Shown: piece after piece, positions 37,394 through 50,463 of the stretch
Layout of the letters: the number at the start of each line of letters is the position of its first letter
Position numbering within the stretch: the first letter of the stretch is position 1
Assembly: GCF_001194135.2 (NCBI RefSeq)
Contig: NC_068988.1
Location: forward strand, 56,657,558 to 56,721,557
From: Octopus bimaculoides
Taxonomy: Eukaryota
Direction: 5' to 3'
DNA: 64,000 nucleotides
Notes under the pieces: model-generated
Seen by the model: only the letters and a program-made list of their open reading frames with translations
Database searches by the model: none
Told to the model about the DNA's origin: nothing
Made by a program: the position numbers and the translations under genes

Positions 37394-38496
37394 TATCAGG
37401 TTGGTGCAAAAATAATTGCAGTTTTTAACCATCAACTTCATAGCAATGTATCTCAGCTCAGAATAAATTTTATCAATCAAAATAGTCATTAGAATTTATA
37501 GATGTTTGTCAACAAGGAACAAATCTGTTTTGATTATACAGAATTCTGGCATTTTGGAACTAGTGAATTCTGTTTTAGACAATTTTGAGTTGTTTGGTTG
37601 TTGAAGACCTTCTTTTCCAAGTAGTTATTGAGATATTTGAAAAAGTGGTAGTCAGTTGGAGAATTATCTGGAGAGTAAGCTGGGTGAGGTGGCATTTCAT
37701 AGCCCAGTCCTTTGAATTTCTGCAAAGTTATTTATGTGACTTGGTTGAGCATTGTCATGGAGAAGAATTGGTCCTCTTTGATTGACCGATGCCATATGTA
37801 ATTGTTGCAGTTTTTTAGTATCATTGGGATGAACTGAATCTAAACCCATGCAACTGGGAAGCAAACTTAATGACACAGTCATGCTTAAAATTCTTTCACT
37901 CTTTTACTTGTTTCAGTCATTTGACTGCGGCCATGCTGGAGCACCGCCTTTAGTCGAGAAATTCGACCCCAGGACTTATTCTTTGTAAGCCTAGTACTTA
38001 TTCTATCGGTCTCTTTTTTCGGAACTGCTAAGTTACAGGACATAAACACACCAGCATCGGTTGTCAAGCGATGTTGGGGGGACAAACACAGACACACAAA
38101 CACACATACATATTTATATACATATATATGACGGGCTTCTTTCAGTTTCCGTCTACCAAATCCACTCACAAGGCTTTGGTCAGCCCAAGGCTATAGTAGA
38201 AGACACTTGCCCAAGGTGCCATGCAGTGGGACTGAACCCGGAACCATGTGGTTGGTAAGTAAGCTACTTACCACACAGCCACTCCTGCGCCTATTACTCA
38301 AATTTCCCTTTTTCTGTCTTTAATTAAACTACTTAACCAAGAATACACAGTAGGAATGAAACCAGTCACATTAGCCAATAGATTGAAACCTACATTCCCA
38401 ATGCTATATAACATGAACATAGTTAAAAGTTTATTCCAAAAAAGAATTACAGGTTAAAATTCCAAAAATTGCACTTAGTTTTGCACTAGCCTAATG
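37394..38496 (-). mobile_element. Mariner transposon (decayed), interrupted by a SINE
   Basis: TIR tatcaggttggtgcaaaaataattgca / tgcacttagttttgcactagcctaa; LLHDNAQP and HPAYSPDNSPTDYHFF pieces (ORFs 37697-37882, 37534-37725). Confidence 0.9.
37895..38292 (-). mobile_element. SINE family A, full-length, young
   Basis: Reverse complement of 16626-17030 at high identity; splits the mariner. Confidence 0.95.
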
Positions 38497-39348
38497 CTTG
38501 CTTGTTGCCCCTGGTTCTATGATAAAAACTTCCTGTTTTAAAGCGACCTAAATTATAACTTTCTTACATCAAAATCTCATATTAATTATGTCTCAAAACA
38601 CTGGCTCAATAACAAGTTATTTTATTAAATTCTTCATTATCTTCAAAATTGATTGAAATAAAATCACTGTATTTCTATAGAAATATAGTTAAAAAAAAAA
38701 AAATCAAGTCAACTTCATAGTTATTAAACATTTCTTTAATGTTACGATTCTTAGAAATTTTCCATTCTGATGCAGTGCATCTTTCAGTTCCTCACATGTG
38801 CACATCTTTTAACCCTTTCATGACCATATTTCTGTCTTTGTTATAATTAATTTTGAAAATAATGAAAAATAATTTTTATATATTTGACGTGGTGTTTGAG
38901 ACATAACTTAAAATATTCCATCATTATGAAATGTTTTACAGTAAATATGAATACTTAAACCTTATCTGGCTTAAATATTTTACCTATGTTTTTTTTATGT
39001 TCAAACTGATCAAATCCATCCTCTCACACCTACTTTACAATTTTAAAATTATCACATCATTGAAATCTTGAAGCTATGTGATAATACATGATTGATTCAA
39101 AACAATGTGAATAGTTAAGCATTATGTTTGACATGGTAATCTGAATGCTAAAAAGTTAAGGTGAGAAAAAGTTTGTGTATGTGGGTTGGTATTGAAAAGT
39201 ATTAGAGAGACCTCAGAATTGACTCTATCAAGACATTTTTTTTTGTACAGAAATTTAACTGAAAAAAAAACAAAAAAACATTTACTAAATATGTTATATC
39301 ACAACGTTTTATGAATTTAACTAAAGAATATTTGGGAGCCATTATTAA

Positions 39349-41426
39349 TCTATACTATATATAAAACAGAGATGTGTGTGTAATCGCTTCTCACGTGAAA
39401 ACGGCTTCACTATTTACTTCTATACTTGTCATACATGAATAATTTGACCTCGGATAAATCTTAGGCTCTTCATTTGATTTTTTTTTATCTCTAATTAAAA
39501 ATAAATAATATTGCTTTATATTTAAGATTCACTTCTTTAAAAAGGTTTCTCAATGTCAACTTCCGGTACGNNNNNNNNNNTAATATTGCTTTATATTTAA
39601 GATTCACTTCTTTAAAAAGGTTTCTCAATGTCAACTTCCGGTACGGACGTGAAAAAACGGCGACGTCTCTCACTCTCTACTTTTAATGTTCGCTTTCTGT
39701 AAACAACTATGATCAATTACTGAAACACACATTTACGAAGTTCATAAATTTAAATATTCTGTACAAGATAGTTTTTAACTTGCTTTTATTTATACGATTT
39801 TTGACACCCCTTCACTGGCTCTGTCTGTCTCTCTGTCTGTCTCTGTCTGTCTGTCTCTCTCTCTCACGCACACGCGCGCATACACACATGTGTCTTTGTA
39901 AATATGTTTGTATATATTTATGTATGTGTGTGTTTGTAAGAGACAGAGTGTGAGTGAGTCAAGGGGTGTGTTGTCATATGCATCCATCATTTTTGGATGT
40001 GTGTGTATGTGTGTGAGACAGAGTAAGAGAGCGGTGTGTATGTAGTACTAGCAGAGGCACCCGGCGTTGCTCGGGAATGAAATTGTTGCTTATATACTTG
40101 AAGAAAAAAAGGCAAAATATGCTGTATAGAAATTTGAGAGGACATTCTGTAGATGGACTCTCAGATGAATGATGGCTGGGTGCCTCTCATGAATGGGGAA
40201 AATTGAAGATGTGCCAAAAAGCCTCATTGGTACTTGGAAACTTTTACGAAAATTAAAATGGGGATTAAATGAAAAAAATGATTTACGTGAATATCCTCAC
40301 AAGAGTAATTGAAATAAATGGTGATTGTGGAACCCCCCCACGCACGCACGTGTGCATACACACGTGTGTCTTTGTAAATATGTTTGTATACATTTATGTA
40401 TGTGTGTGTTTGTAAGAGACAGTGTGAATGAGAGGGAGAGGTTTGTTGTCATGTATACGTACATGCATAAATATACATACATCTTTGGATGTATGCATAT
40501 GACAACACAGCCCTTGACTCACTCACACTCTGTCTCTTACAAACACGCACGCGCGCGCATACACACGTGTGTCTTTGTAAATATGTTTGTATACATTTAT
40601 GTATGTGTGTTTGTAAGAGACAGTGTGAGTGAGTCAAGGAGTGTGTGTGTATGTGTGTGAGACAGAGTGAGAGAGCGGTGTGTATGTAGTATTTACACTC
40701 TCTCTCTCTTTCTCATACACACTCACACACACACAAAATAGAGACTGAAGCTTTTTGCCGTTGTTACGTCAATACCGGAAGTTGACATTGAGGAACCTTT
40801 TTAAAGAAGTGAATCTTAAATATAAAGCAATATTATTTGTTTTTAATTAAAAAAATCAAATGAAGAACCTAACATTTATCCGAGGTCAAATTATTCACAC
40901 ATCACAAGTATGGAAGCATTTGGTGAAGTCGATTTCACGTGAAAAGCGATTACACACACATCTCTGTTTTATATATAGTATAAATTTACTCTCTCTCTCT
41001 CATACACACGCACACACACAAAGATGTATGCATATTTATGCATGTACGTATACATGACAACAAACCTCTCTCTCTCTCTGTCACACACACACTTCCATTT
41101 CATCTGATGTGTGATGCTCTGTGTGTGTGCTTTCGTGTGTGTGTGAGGGGTTCCACAATCGCAATTTATTTCAATTACTCTTGTGAGGATATTCACGTAA
41201 ATCATTATTTAATCCACATTTTAATTTTCGTAAGAGTTTCCAAGTACCAATGAGGCTTTTTGGTGCATCTTCAATTTTCCCCATTCATGAGAGGTGCCCA
41301 GTCATCATTCATCTGAGAGTCCATCTACAGAATGTCCTCAGATTTCTATACAGCATATTTTGCTTTTTTCCTTCCAGTATATAAGCAACAATTTCATTCC
41401 CGGGCAACGCCAGGTTGCTCTGCTAG
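39349..41426 (+). mobile_element. Non-autonomous Helitron (outer copy)
   Basis: A|TCTATACTATATAAAAC at the 5' end; 3' hairpin cccgggcaacgccagg then CTAG|T; no TSD. Confidence 0.85.
40048..40984 (-). mobile_element. Non-autonomous Helitron (inner copy, opposite orientation)
   Basis: Plus strand A|ctagcagaggcacccggcgttgctcggg ... ctgttttatatatagtataaa|T; both ends are reverse complements of the outer copy's ends. Confidence 0.85.
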
Positions 41427-42320
41427 TGTTTTAATAAGAACTACTGTCATTGCTTTTAAATTTTAATTTCTAGAAGTATTACATTACATTTCCATATCCT
41501 TAGTAGGGTCATCTCTGCATCAGACATAATTTCTGGTTAATTCATTTACATAATATATCAGAGATATTGTAATATATGAATATTGGACACCAAAATCACC
41601 AGGATTATTATGTCTACTTCCCTTGCTGGCATCCTGGTCCAAGCCAGTTCTCACGGTCAGACAACCATGTCTCACTTGTGTTTTATTTTTGGCATAGTTT
41701 TTTTAATATATAACTGATTGTCCTTCTCATCACCAACCACTTTACAAAATGTACTATGTGCATTTTTATCATGGTACTGGCACTAGAGAGGTTCTCATGT
41801 TTTATACAGCTAAAGAGTTCTTTCGATTCTACATTGTCTCCACTGTATTGTTAACCACTTTACAGGGTATACTGGTTGCTTTTCTGCCCTTGACTAAGTG
41901 GGTTCTTTCTACTTTGTCATGTCTGTTTGCCCAATGCAACATGACTTTTAATGTGATGTTAATTTGGACTAAGGTAATGGTATTATTTTGTGCTGACTTA
42001 CATCTTCTTAGTTCCATAGTATATAGATATTGGTGATTATATATTTTTGTTTGTACACTATTCTATTACATGTAGGGTTGTTTTTTAAAAATTTACAATT
42101 ATTGCTTTCAATAACATTTTACTATTTTGTACCTTCAAACTCCTCAAATCTTATATAAAAACAGATTTACACCTGAGCAGCTATAATGAGTACATTACTT
42201 GCAAAATTTCAACATTTCTTCATTGAACCAGTTAATTGAATATATAATAAATATAAAAATTCAGTTAATATTTCAATTAGTAAGATTGGTGGTTGTCTAA
42301 TAGTTGATAATAATTGTCTT

Positions 42321-42500
42321 CGGCAGCAGAATCGTTAGCATGCTGGGCAAAATTCCACCGAGGTTGACTTTGCCTTTCATCCTTTCGGGGTTGATTAAAT
42401 AAGTACCAGTTACGCACTGGGGTCAATGTAATCGACTTAATCCCTTTGTCTGTCCTTGTTTGTCCCCTCTATGTTTAACCCCTTGTGGGCAATAAAGAAA
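42321..42500 (+). mobile_element. SINE family C
   Basis: cggcagcagaatcgttagc...ctttgcctttcatcctttcggggttgattaaataagtaccag. Confidence 0.88.
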
Positions 42501-43378
42501 TTAATAATTGTCTTGTTAAAATGACAGTATATTTCATATAAGTATTAAAACATTAATTAACACTAATAGAAATTTAATAGTAGTTGTTCTATTTAACTAT
42601 TCACTATTACATCTCTTTAGTTGACCTTTTTGTTGTTGGTTGTTGGCATTGCAGAGACACTAACTTAACCATCTCTGCTCTGCCTGGGCTGTTTCCAGAA
42701 ACAAGTGTCTAGCCCCAACTACTTATCACCTACTTATCTAGCCCCAATTACTTATCACCCAATTCCTTATCACCTACTTATCACTCGTGATTACACCATG
42801 AAGGAAAGAAAAGTCAGTAGGTTTGCAACATACATGAAGTTGCATAAGATGCCAGATATTAGTTGAATATAACTACTTACCTGCCTTAGGGTCCCTTCAT
42901 CTGGATTTTCTGTAGGGTTTAACTTCCTTAGCTTTTTTTGTTGCAATTGTCCCTGTCTCTAGATATTGTTAGAAATATTAATGTTGAAACCTTATTGGCC
43001 CTTTCTTCAGTGAAATGTGACTCTTCCCTCCTTTTTTTAAACTCTTAGAAAGGAAGGGCAATGGCTACAATCCTTTACAGGGTTTTGGCAATGGTATTCA
43101 GTTTCTTTGTAGTAAGACACAATTAAAGTTTCTATGAATGTATAAGATTTTTTATAATTCTTAGGGAACCATTTAGATGGCATGTAGGTTAGCTACTGTT
43201 TGCTGATACACATGTCCACTTTCATCAACTGATATCGATTTCAGGCTACATAATTTTCGTTCAAAATTTAATTGTCCTTTTGTGGCTAGGGCAGGATGAA
43301 AAATATTGTTTCATAAAAGCTTGGTTTCATTGAATGATTTTATAGAATTTTGACATATCGTGAGAAATGGTTGCCCCC

Positions 43379-43380
<2 letters not shown>

Positions 43381-43472
<92 letters not shown>
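43381..43472. repeat. (CT)n microsatellite
   Basis: Directly visible. Confidence 0.97.
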
Positions 43473-43475
<3 letters not shown>

Positions 43476-43694
43476 AAAATCAAATTTGATCTGTCTTTCA
43501 TCAATATCTTTATCTCTTCATTTTTTAACTCTATTGCCAGGGTTGCAAACAAATATTTTAGTTTGTTGGTCCAATATATAAGTAGGTACTTCAAACTCAT
43601 CTGAGGTCTTGAAACACCGTTGTGCTTTAATAAAATTATAAAAAGAAAATTGTTGCTTTCAATCAATATAAGACATTTTCGATTAGAAAATGTA

Positions 43695-43840
43695 AGATGG
43701 TTGGTGTTAGAAAGGTCATATAGCCATAAAACCCCTGCCAAAACAGGTGAAACCTGGTGCAGTCTTCTGTCTAGCCATCTCCTGTCAAACTGTCCAACCC
43801 ATGCCAGCATGGAAAATGGACGTTAAACGATGATGATGCT
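43695..43840 (+). mobile_element. Family B 3' end
   Basis: tgtccaacccatgccagcatggaaaatggacgttaaacgatgatgatg. Confidence 0.85.
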
Positions 43841-44167
43841 CAGTTGAAAAAGATTTACCAAAAATAGTTTTCTGGGGTTTTAAGTTTGTCAGCCTAGGTA
43901 TGGGAGAAAAAAAAAACTGGATAGAAGAGTCAATTAAGGGGAATAACTATGAATCAACTAAGTTACTGTGCAGTGATAGACAATGGTGTTTGCCAGCTAT
44001 ATGACAGGTTTACAAAACATGCAAGTCTCATTGAAGTTGTCATGATTACTTTGAAATTTCAGTATTTCTGCTAAACTTCCATACCTCCCCTATTTCTTTT
44101 GCATACCCCTTGGGGTTTCTTGGTTTGAGAATTTTTGCTTTACACTATTTACTTATCAATATTCCAG

Positions 44168-44297
44168 CTTCCTGCGAAACCCCCAGAGGTTGCTGAATGG
44201 TCAGAACACAAGAATGCTGATGGCCGAGTCTATTACTATAATGCCAAAACAATGGAATCCACTTGGGATAAACCACAGGTTCTTATAGAATGGGATG
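44168..44297 (+). CDS. TCERG1: TCERG1 exon: WW2
   Basis: attccag| [44 protein letters not shown]|gtaaga; phase 0 to 1. Confidence 0.96.
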
Positions 44298-45795
44298 GTA
44301 AGAATGAAGACGGAGTCTTTTATTCTATTTCCTTAATTTTTTGTTTTGTTTTTCAGCACCAGTCTCAGCAGATATCTATATGTATGGTCATGGTTGCATG
44401 GTAACTTAAGCAATCTTTGCTCTCGGGGTGTAAAATGGTTTGTAATTTAGATGTATATTTTTCTCTTCGAGTTTATTAACAACTTCTCGTCAATTTATTT
44501 ACTTTATCTTGAGCATGAAATTTTTCACCCATTTAACCATGTGATCATGTTTTTTTTTTTTTTATAGTAACACTTGTTATAGGCATTCTCATTTCATAAT
44601 TAACATAAATTTGGTTTCCATCATTACTACATCTTAAGTATAATCTCTTTTCTTTTAAGTTCTTGTTTACTAAGTATAACATGAATAATGTTCTGTTAAT
44701 GTAATTCTTTGAAGATTTTCTCATTAAAATGGACAAAAATAAAATGATCAGGTGGTTATTTTCTTTACAATTTATAGTGTTTTCCACTTCCTTTATTTTA
44801 TACAAGTCCTTTCTAGATATTTATTCTAAACAGTATTTTATTTTTTTATTTTTGCTGGCAGCTGTTACACTATTTGGAACTGATGGATAATGTTCAGATA
44901 AATTGCTCAGTAAGCTCAGTTGTTTACAATCTCCCTTAGATCCTTCTGAGGGAAACTCAAATAGATTACAATACAAAAAAGAAGAAAAAAAGAAAAGCTC
45001 TAGTATTTAAATTTGGTATATGTGAAAGAAATTATCATAGTAGTGTAAAATCCTTTTACTGAAGTCTAATTTTATTAGATTGAACAAGGTAAACTTGAAA
45101 ACAACTTGACTCTACAGCATTAAATATAAACTATAAAGAAAAGCTAATTTTGGCTAATTTTAATGTAATTATTTGACATTCAAGTTTTCTGGTACTTATT
45201 AGGTGTATGTTAACTACATAATTTGCTTTTTCAGTTTTTGGTTTGAAATGTATTATTTTGTGACATGAAGAAGGCAGTAGATCTACAAACTTGATACTGC
45301 TACTGAATAATGGCATTTTTTCGGTAGGATAAGATTTTAGATTATCAGGTTTCAAACATTTTATTAGAGAACTATTTATTTTCTATAAATAATTCTATAG
45401 TGAAACCCGTGTCTCAAATACTTTCTCTTAAAACTTTTCAGATGTAAAGTTTTAAATCCATTTAAGATAATATATTAAAAGGTTTCTGAACATCAGTACG
45501 TCAGAGAAATGTTAATTTCTGTTTATGCTTTTTGAATGTTAAATAATTAGTGAAGCTCTTGAATTGTTGCATAAACAGTTGCTACATATTTAGTTTGAAT
45601 AATGTTATTGTGGGCAGAATTAGGGAGAGGTTGTTAGATTGACATGTATGATAAAGTGATGAACACATACCACACTATATTTTATTTATTGTCATCATTT
45701 TACATCCTTTTGAGAAAACGGAAGTAGAATGAGGATTTAATATAGTCACAATTTCAATGCAAAATGTATTGGCAGTATGTATTGATTCATATATA

Positions 45796-45926
45796 CAGGG
45801 GTGGTCAAAAGTAGGTGTTATACAGTGGAATGTTCTTTCATGTCTCTATTTCTTTATTTGGATAAGAACTGGAAGGAACATTCCACTCTTATTAAGCAGC
45901 TGTATACCTAATTTTGCCCACCCCTG
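45796..45926. mobile_element. Tc1/mariner-type MITE (131 bp)
   Basis: TA|CAGGGGTGGTCAAAAGTAGGT ... ACCTAATTTTGCCCACCCCTG|TA. Confidence 0.85.
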
Positions 45927-46289
45927 TACATTTGATTAGTTGGTTGAATACAAAATAAATATACAAAATAGCAGTCTGATTCATCACAGAGCATAATACT
46001 TGAAGATGTATGAAATGTGAACGCTCCTGTATCTGCTAAAGTTGGATTTGAATTCCTTTCATCTGGAATTTTGTCAGCAGTGAGGGTACAGGATTTATTT
46101 ATGCTGTATATGCACAAACACACTTAAATTGTATACACAGATTTTGTTATTAGCTAATATTGTTAAGGATAATTTCACAAAGCTGGTGGTTGAAATTAAT
46201 TTATTTGTTGATGATAAAAAAAAAGAAATGTTGATTTATTTTTGCTTGCTATCATGAAGTTAACATGACTGCTTATCACTGGTATATAG

Positions 46290-46447
46290 CCAAACTAGCA
46301 CAGCTCCAGAAGCCTGACCCAGCTGCCACAGCCACTGAGTGTAGCACTCAGATTAACACGATGTTACAAGTAAATGGAACAGAAGAATCGGAGGAAATTC
46401 CCATGGAAACATTACCTTCAAAAGAAGAAGAAGAGAAAAGCGATGAG
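46290..46447 (+). CDS. TCERG1: TCERG1 exon: acidic linker between WW2 and WW3
   Basis: tatatag|CC AAA: AKLAQLQKPDPAATATECS...SKEEEEKSDE|gtaaga; phase 1 to 0. Confidence 0.85.
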
Positions 46448-47189
46448 GTAAGAGAACAACAGTGGTGATTATCAGACTTGAATTGAAAGTATTTGGTTTC
46501 TATTTTCTGTGTTTAGTTCTTAAGCATTTTTGATATGGATCCATGATATCGGCATTGTCAACAATACATCTTATCATTGATGCAAAATAATTATGTAATT
46601 TGTTTTAGAGTAATTTTTGTTGTTTTACCGTTCCCCCCCCCNNNNNNNNNNNNNCAGTTCAAAATGTCCCCACCAATAAATTTATCATCAGTTTTTGAAT
46701 CCAATGTTCATGTTAATATCTGTACAATAGGTACTTTATTTTAGTGGGGTTTTTACAGTTGGTGATACCAATCTCTGGGAAAGTTTCTACCTTAGATCAC
46801 TACTTTTTTACTTGTTTCAGTCATGCTTTTTGTTGAGATAAAGTAAAATAAACTTTCAATTCAAAATCAGACATTTCATTCTTAATGACCTGATACAAGA
46901 TATAAGAAAAAAAAAGGCAATCTGTTTTTGTCAATCTGTAGATCGTGGGCAAATTGGACTTGGTAAGGGTCTGATACTAGCGACCTTTGTTCACTTGGTG
47001 TTGTGCATTCCTGCATAGTTGGACTTGAAATGGTGAGAGAGGTAAATCTCAGTTTTAGATTTTGTACCGAAATACTTTAGCATTATTTTTTTTGTTTTTG
47101 TTTTGTCCCTACTGTTATGATGTGTCTTGTATTACCATTGTGTTTATTGATATTATAGAAGAGAAAATAAATGCCTTTTTTTCTTTTAG

Positions 47190-47287
47190 GATGAAAAGCA
47201 GAAAGAAAGTGAGGAAAAAACCGAAGAACAAAAGGCTGCTGATAAAGCTCGACCTGTTTCTAGTACCCCTGTTCCTGGAACCCCTTG
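47190..47287 (+). CDS. TCERG1: TCERG1 exon: charged linker and start of WW3
   Basis: ttcttttag| DEKQKESEEKTEEQKAADKARPVSSTPVPGTP TG|gtaggt; phase 0 to 2. Confidence 0.95.
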
Positions 47288-47397
47288 GTAGGTTTTATAT
47301 TCTATTAACTCTTACATACTCACCTGAATAAATAAAGTCTTGTTCCCATGTTTGAGTTATTAAGCAAATTTTATGTAGATTTTGGCCAAGTTTGTAT

Positions 47398-47543
47398 ACA
47401 GGCATGGCTGTGTGCTTTGCAACCATGGTTTCAGGTTCAGTCCCACTGTGCAACACCATGGGCAAGTGTCTTCTAACTCAAGACTGATCAATGCCTTGTA
47501 AATGAATTTGGTAGACAGAAACTGTGTTGTAGCCTATTGTGTG

Positions 47544-47607
<64 letters not shown>

Positions 47608-47920
47608 AGTTAAGATTGTTTAAACATTCAAGCGATAGGCTAGAAGTATTTAAGCAACTAAGGGTTAATTAAATCCGAAGGCGCTCCTGGAGATTACCTG
47701 TGTGGTAATATATATATATATATACAAATATATATATATGTGTGTGTGTGTTTGTGTCTGTTCCCCCTACCATTACTTTACGACCAATGTTGGTTTGTTC
47801 ACATCTCTGTAACCTAGCAGTTCAGCAAAAGTGACTGATATAAGTACTAGGGTTGATTTGTTTGAGTTAACCCTTCAAGGTGATGTCCCAGCATGGCTAT
47901 AGTCAAATGACTGAAACATC
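47398..47920 (+). mobile_element. SINE family A with expanded central (TA)n and nested insert
   Basis: ggcatggctgtgtgc...gtagacagaaactg...(TA)n...ccagcatggctatagtcaaatgactgaaac. Confidence 0.82.
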
Positions 47921-48112
47921 ATCAATCATCATCGTTAAATATCTAATGGCTAGTGTCTGTGAATAAATGTTATGTGTGTGTATACACATGCACATCTAAA
48001 GAAGTGGAGATGCATTGCTAATATTTTTGTTGTTTTTCTCTCAGTTGTATTAAAATTAGTTGTCTATTGTAAACATTTCTCTCTTTCATATTCCAATGTT
48101 TTTATTTTACAG

Positions 48113-48261
48113 GTGTGTTGTTTGGACTGGAGATGGCCGAGTTTTCTTCTATAATCCTAGTCAGCATCTTTCTGTTTGGGAAAAACCTGAAGGACTTGTT
48201 GGTCGTGCAGATGTTGAACGAATGCTACAAGGTCCACCAGGTGGCTCTCCAGCTGATAAAA
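48113..48261 (+). CDS. TCERG1: TCERG1 exon: WW3
   Basis: ttttacag|G completes Trp: [50 protein letters not shown]|gtaaat; phase 2 to 1. Confidence 0.96.
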
Positions 48262-48499
48262 GTAAATATATGCTTATTGGAAAATTTAAACCAAGTTTAT
48301 GTCCTCTAAGAATTTAGTGAAGTGAATTTGTGTGTCACTGCCATTGGCTTAAATGGTTTTTGTAGCATATCTAGGATTTTGACATACCTCCTTATGTTGA
48401 GTCATATCTCTTTTACATTTTGCTCAACATTGTGCTCAAATTTGCTTATTCTCTTAAAGTGTCATCTGAAATATTTCATTTCCCATCTTGTCTCAAGAG

Positions 48500-48760
48500 G
48501 GTTGTTGGGGTAATGTCCTGAAGCACACCTTCCATCAGGTCCTGCCAGAAGCAGCTGTCTTCGCTTGATCTGGCTGCATCCCCAAGCATGACCAATCGAA
48601 CTCGTGGATGTTATCCAATCATCTTGCTTGTGATCTACCCCTGGGTCTCCTGTTAGTTAGTTTTGTCTATAAAACCTGTCCACTGATTTTCTCCTGAGGC
48701 AATCTTCCCACATGTTCATAATATCGAAGCTGTGATCTCTCAATTTGAAGAAGTAATAGC
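48500..48760 (-). mobile_element. LINE (RTE-like) C-terminal fragment
   Basis: Minus frame HVGRLPQEKISGQVL*...RRPRGRSQARWLDNI resembles the LINE C-terminal RGRP..RW.D motif. Confidence 0.6.
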
Positions 48761-49680
48761 TTTACCTGGAGCACCTCTCTGATCTTCAAATTCTGAAATA
48801 TGATGACTGTATTTGCCGATTTGTGGCATACTTATTTTTAAATGTGTCAAAAAATTGCCCTGCATCTAATGCGGCTTTATTACACTAGAAACTGCAAATA
48901 ATTTTACTATTGATAATCCTTTAATAATAATGTCTTTCTAAAAACATTGGTAGTTTGAAATTTATTTTCGTGCATAATGTATGAAGTATGTGGCCTAGTT
49001 GTTAAGGTGCTGTAGTCATGATTGCAAGATCATGGGTTCGATTTTCAGACTGGTTGTATATTGTTTTTGGGCAAAGCACTTAATTTCATGTTTGCTCTGA
49101 TCCACTCCATTGTAATTGGGTAACCTTGTGACAGATTGGCCTACAGGGATGAGACTGTCACTCAGGAAAATTGCCCAAATGGTGGTCTTGTGAGCCATGT
49201 TTTATATTCAGTGATCAAAAGGATGAATAGAATAATTTGTTCTGTGATTCCTGACTGGTTGCGAATGGTTGTTGGTTGTTCAACCCTGTCAAAGCATGAC
49301 TTGAACATTTAAGATAGATAAATCTTTTGAATAATTAGCTGACTTTCATCAGTGATTAGTTGTAATCTGATGACTCTGTATGGTTGGGTAGAGATGTTGA
49401 CACTTTCTTTCAAGAAATGAAAAAGATTTGGAAACCTGTGTCCTTACGCAATTATAGCCATGTAGTTGTTCCTCACTTCATTTTCACTTTCTGTCTATCA
49501 AATTAGTATTATTACTTTTGATCTGTTGGATTAAGTTCAATATAGTCTCCTTCCCCAGCTGTTGAAAATGTTAGCCTAAACTGCTCAACTTGTATGCCCC
49601 ATTTTGTCTATTTTCTCCACTCTGATCACTGCATTTTGAACTATAGTAATTAACCACAGTACTTGGTTCTGTTTTCCCAG

Positions 49681-49729
49681 AAAAGAAAGAGGAAGAAGAT
49701 GAAGACGAACCTGCTACCAAAAAAAAGAA
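49681..49729 (+). CDS. TCERG1: TCERG1 small exon (49 nt): acidic/basic, NLS-like
   Basis: gttttcccag|AA AAG AAA GAG...: KKKEEEDEDEPATKKK AA|gtaagt; phase 1 to 2 bridges its neighbours exactly. Confidence 0.9.
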
Positions 49730-50294
49730 GTAAGTTTTAGTTTTCATTTAACTTTCCATTACCATCTACCATTTATCTTTCTCTGTTGCTTGTCATCAGT
49801 CCCAATTATCCCAGATCATCTGTCAGTGACATCAATTAATCACTCTTACAATTGTCTACGTTTGTTACTATTCACCAATCTTTCTCTGTTTTACTGTCAT
49901 ACTTTTGCTTGTATACCTCTTTCCTCTTATAAACAATAGTATTTAAAACTATTTAAATCTTAGATTTAGATTTATTTTGTACATAGTATTAATGAGTGTT
50001 AAGATTAAATTACTCTGATTGTTTATTCCTGCTTCAGTTCAGGTCAAGCTACAATCAAAATTGTTCCATCTGTGATCATCTTATCTTTCCTGTATGCTCA
50101 TGTGTATCTAGAACTCATCATCCAATGTGCAACCCCCCACCTTACTTTTTTTAAACAGCAATGTGTAATTTGAGCAAACTGAGTGATTGCATAGAGTGTC
50201 CCTCAGTGGTACAAAGATTGTTTTGTACTGTGAGAAATCTGATAAAAATTTTATTAGAAATTGAAATTTAGTGGATCTGATTTTATGTTTTCAG

Positions 50295-50463
50295 AATTGA
50301 TAAAGATGAAAGCAAGTTAGATGATAAGAGAGAAACTATAAAACAGATTGATGCTGGTAAGGAAGCTGCTATAGAGGCTGAAGTTCAAGCAGCAAGGCAG
50401 AGAGCTATAGTACCTTTGGAGATTCGGATGAAACAGTTCAGAGATATGTTGGCAGAGAAAGAG
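50295..50463 (+). CDS. TCERG1: TCERG1 exon: pre-FF helix and start of FF1
   Basis: ttttcag|A ATT: IDKDESKLDDKRETIKQIDAGKEAAIEAEVQAARQRAIVPLEIRMKQFRDMLAEKE|gtaggt; phase 2 to 0. Confidence 0.96.

Noticed and set aside
39504-39647. Apparent 67-bp tandem duplication in the Helitron
   Set aside because: Identical copies flank a 10-N gap: assembly overlap artefact.
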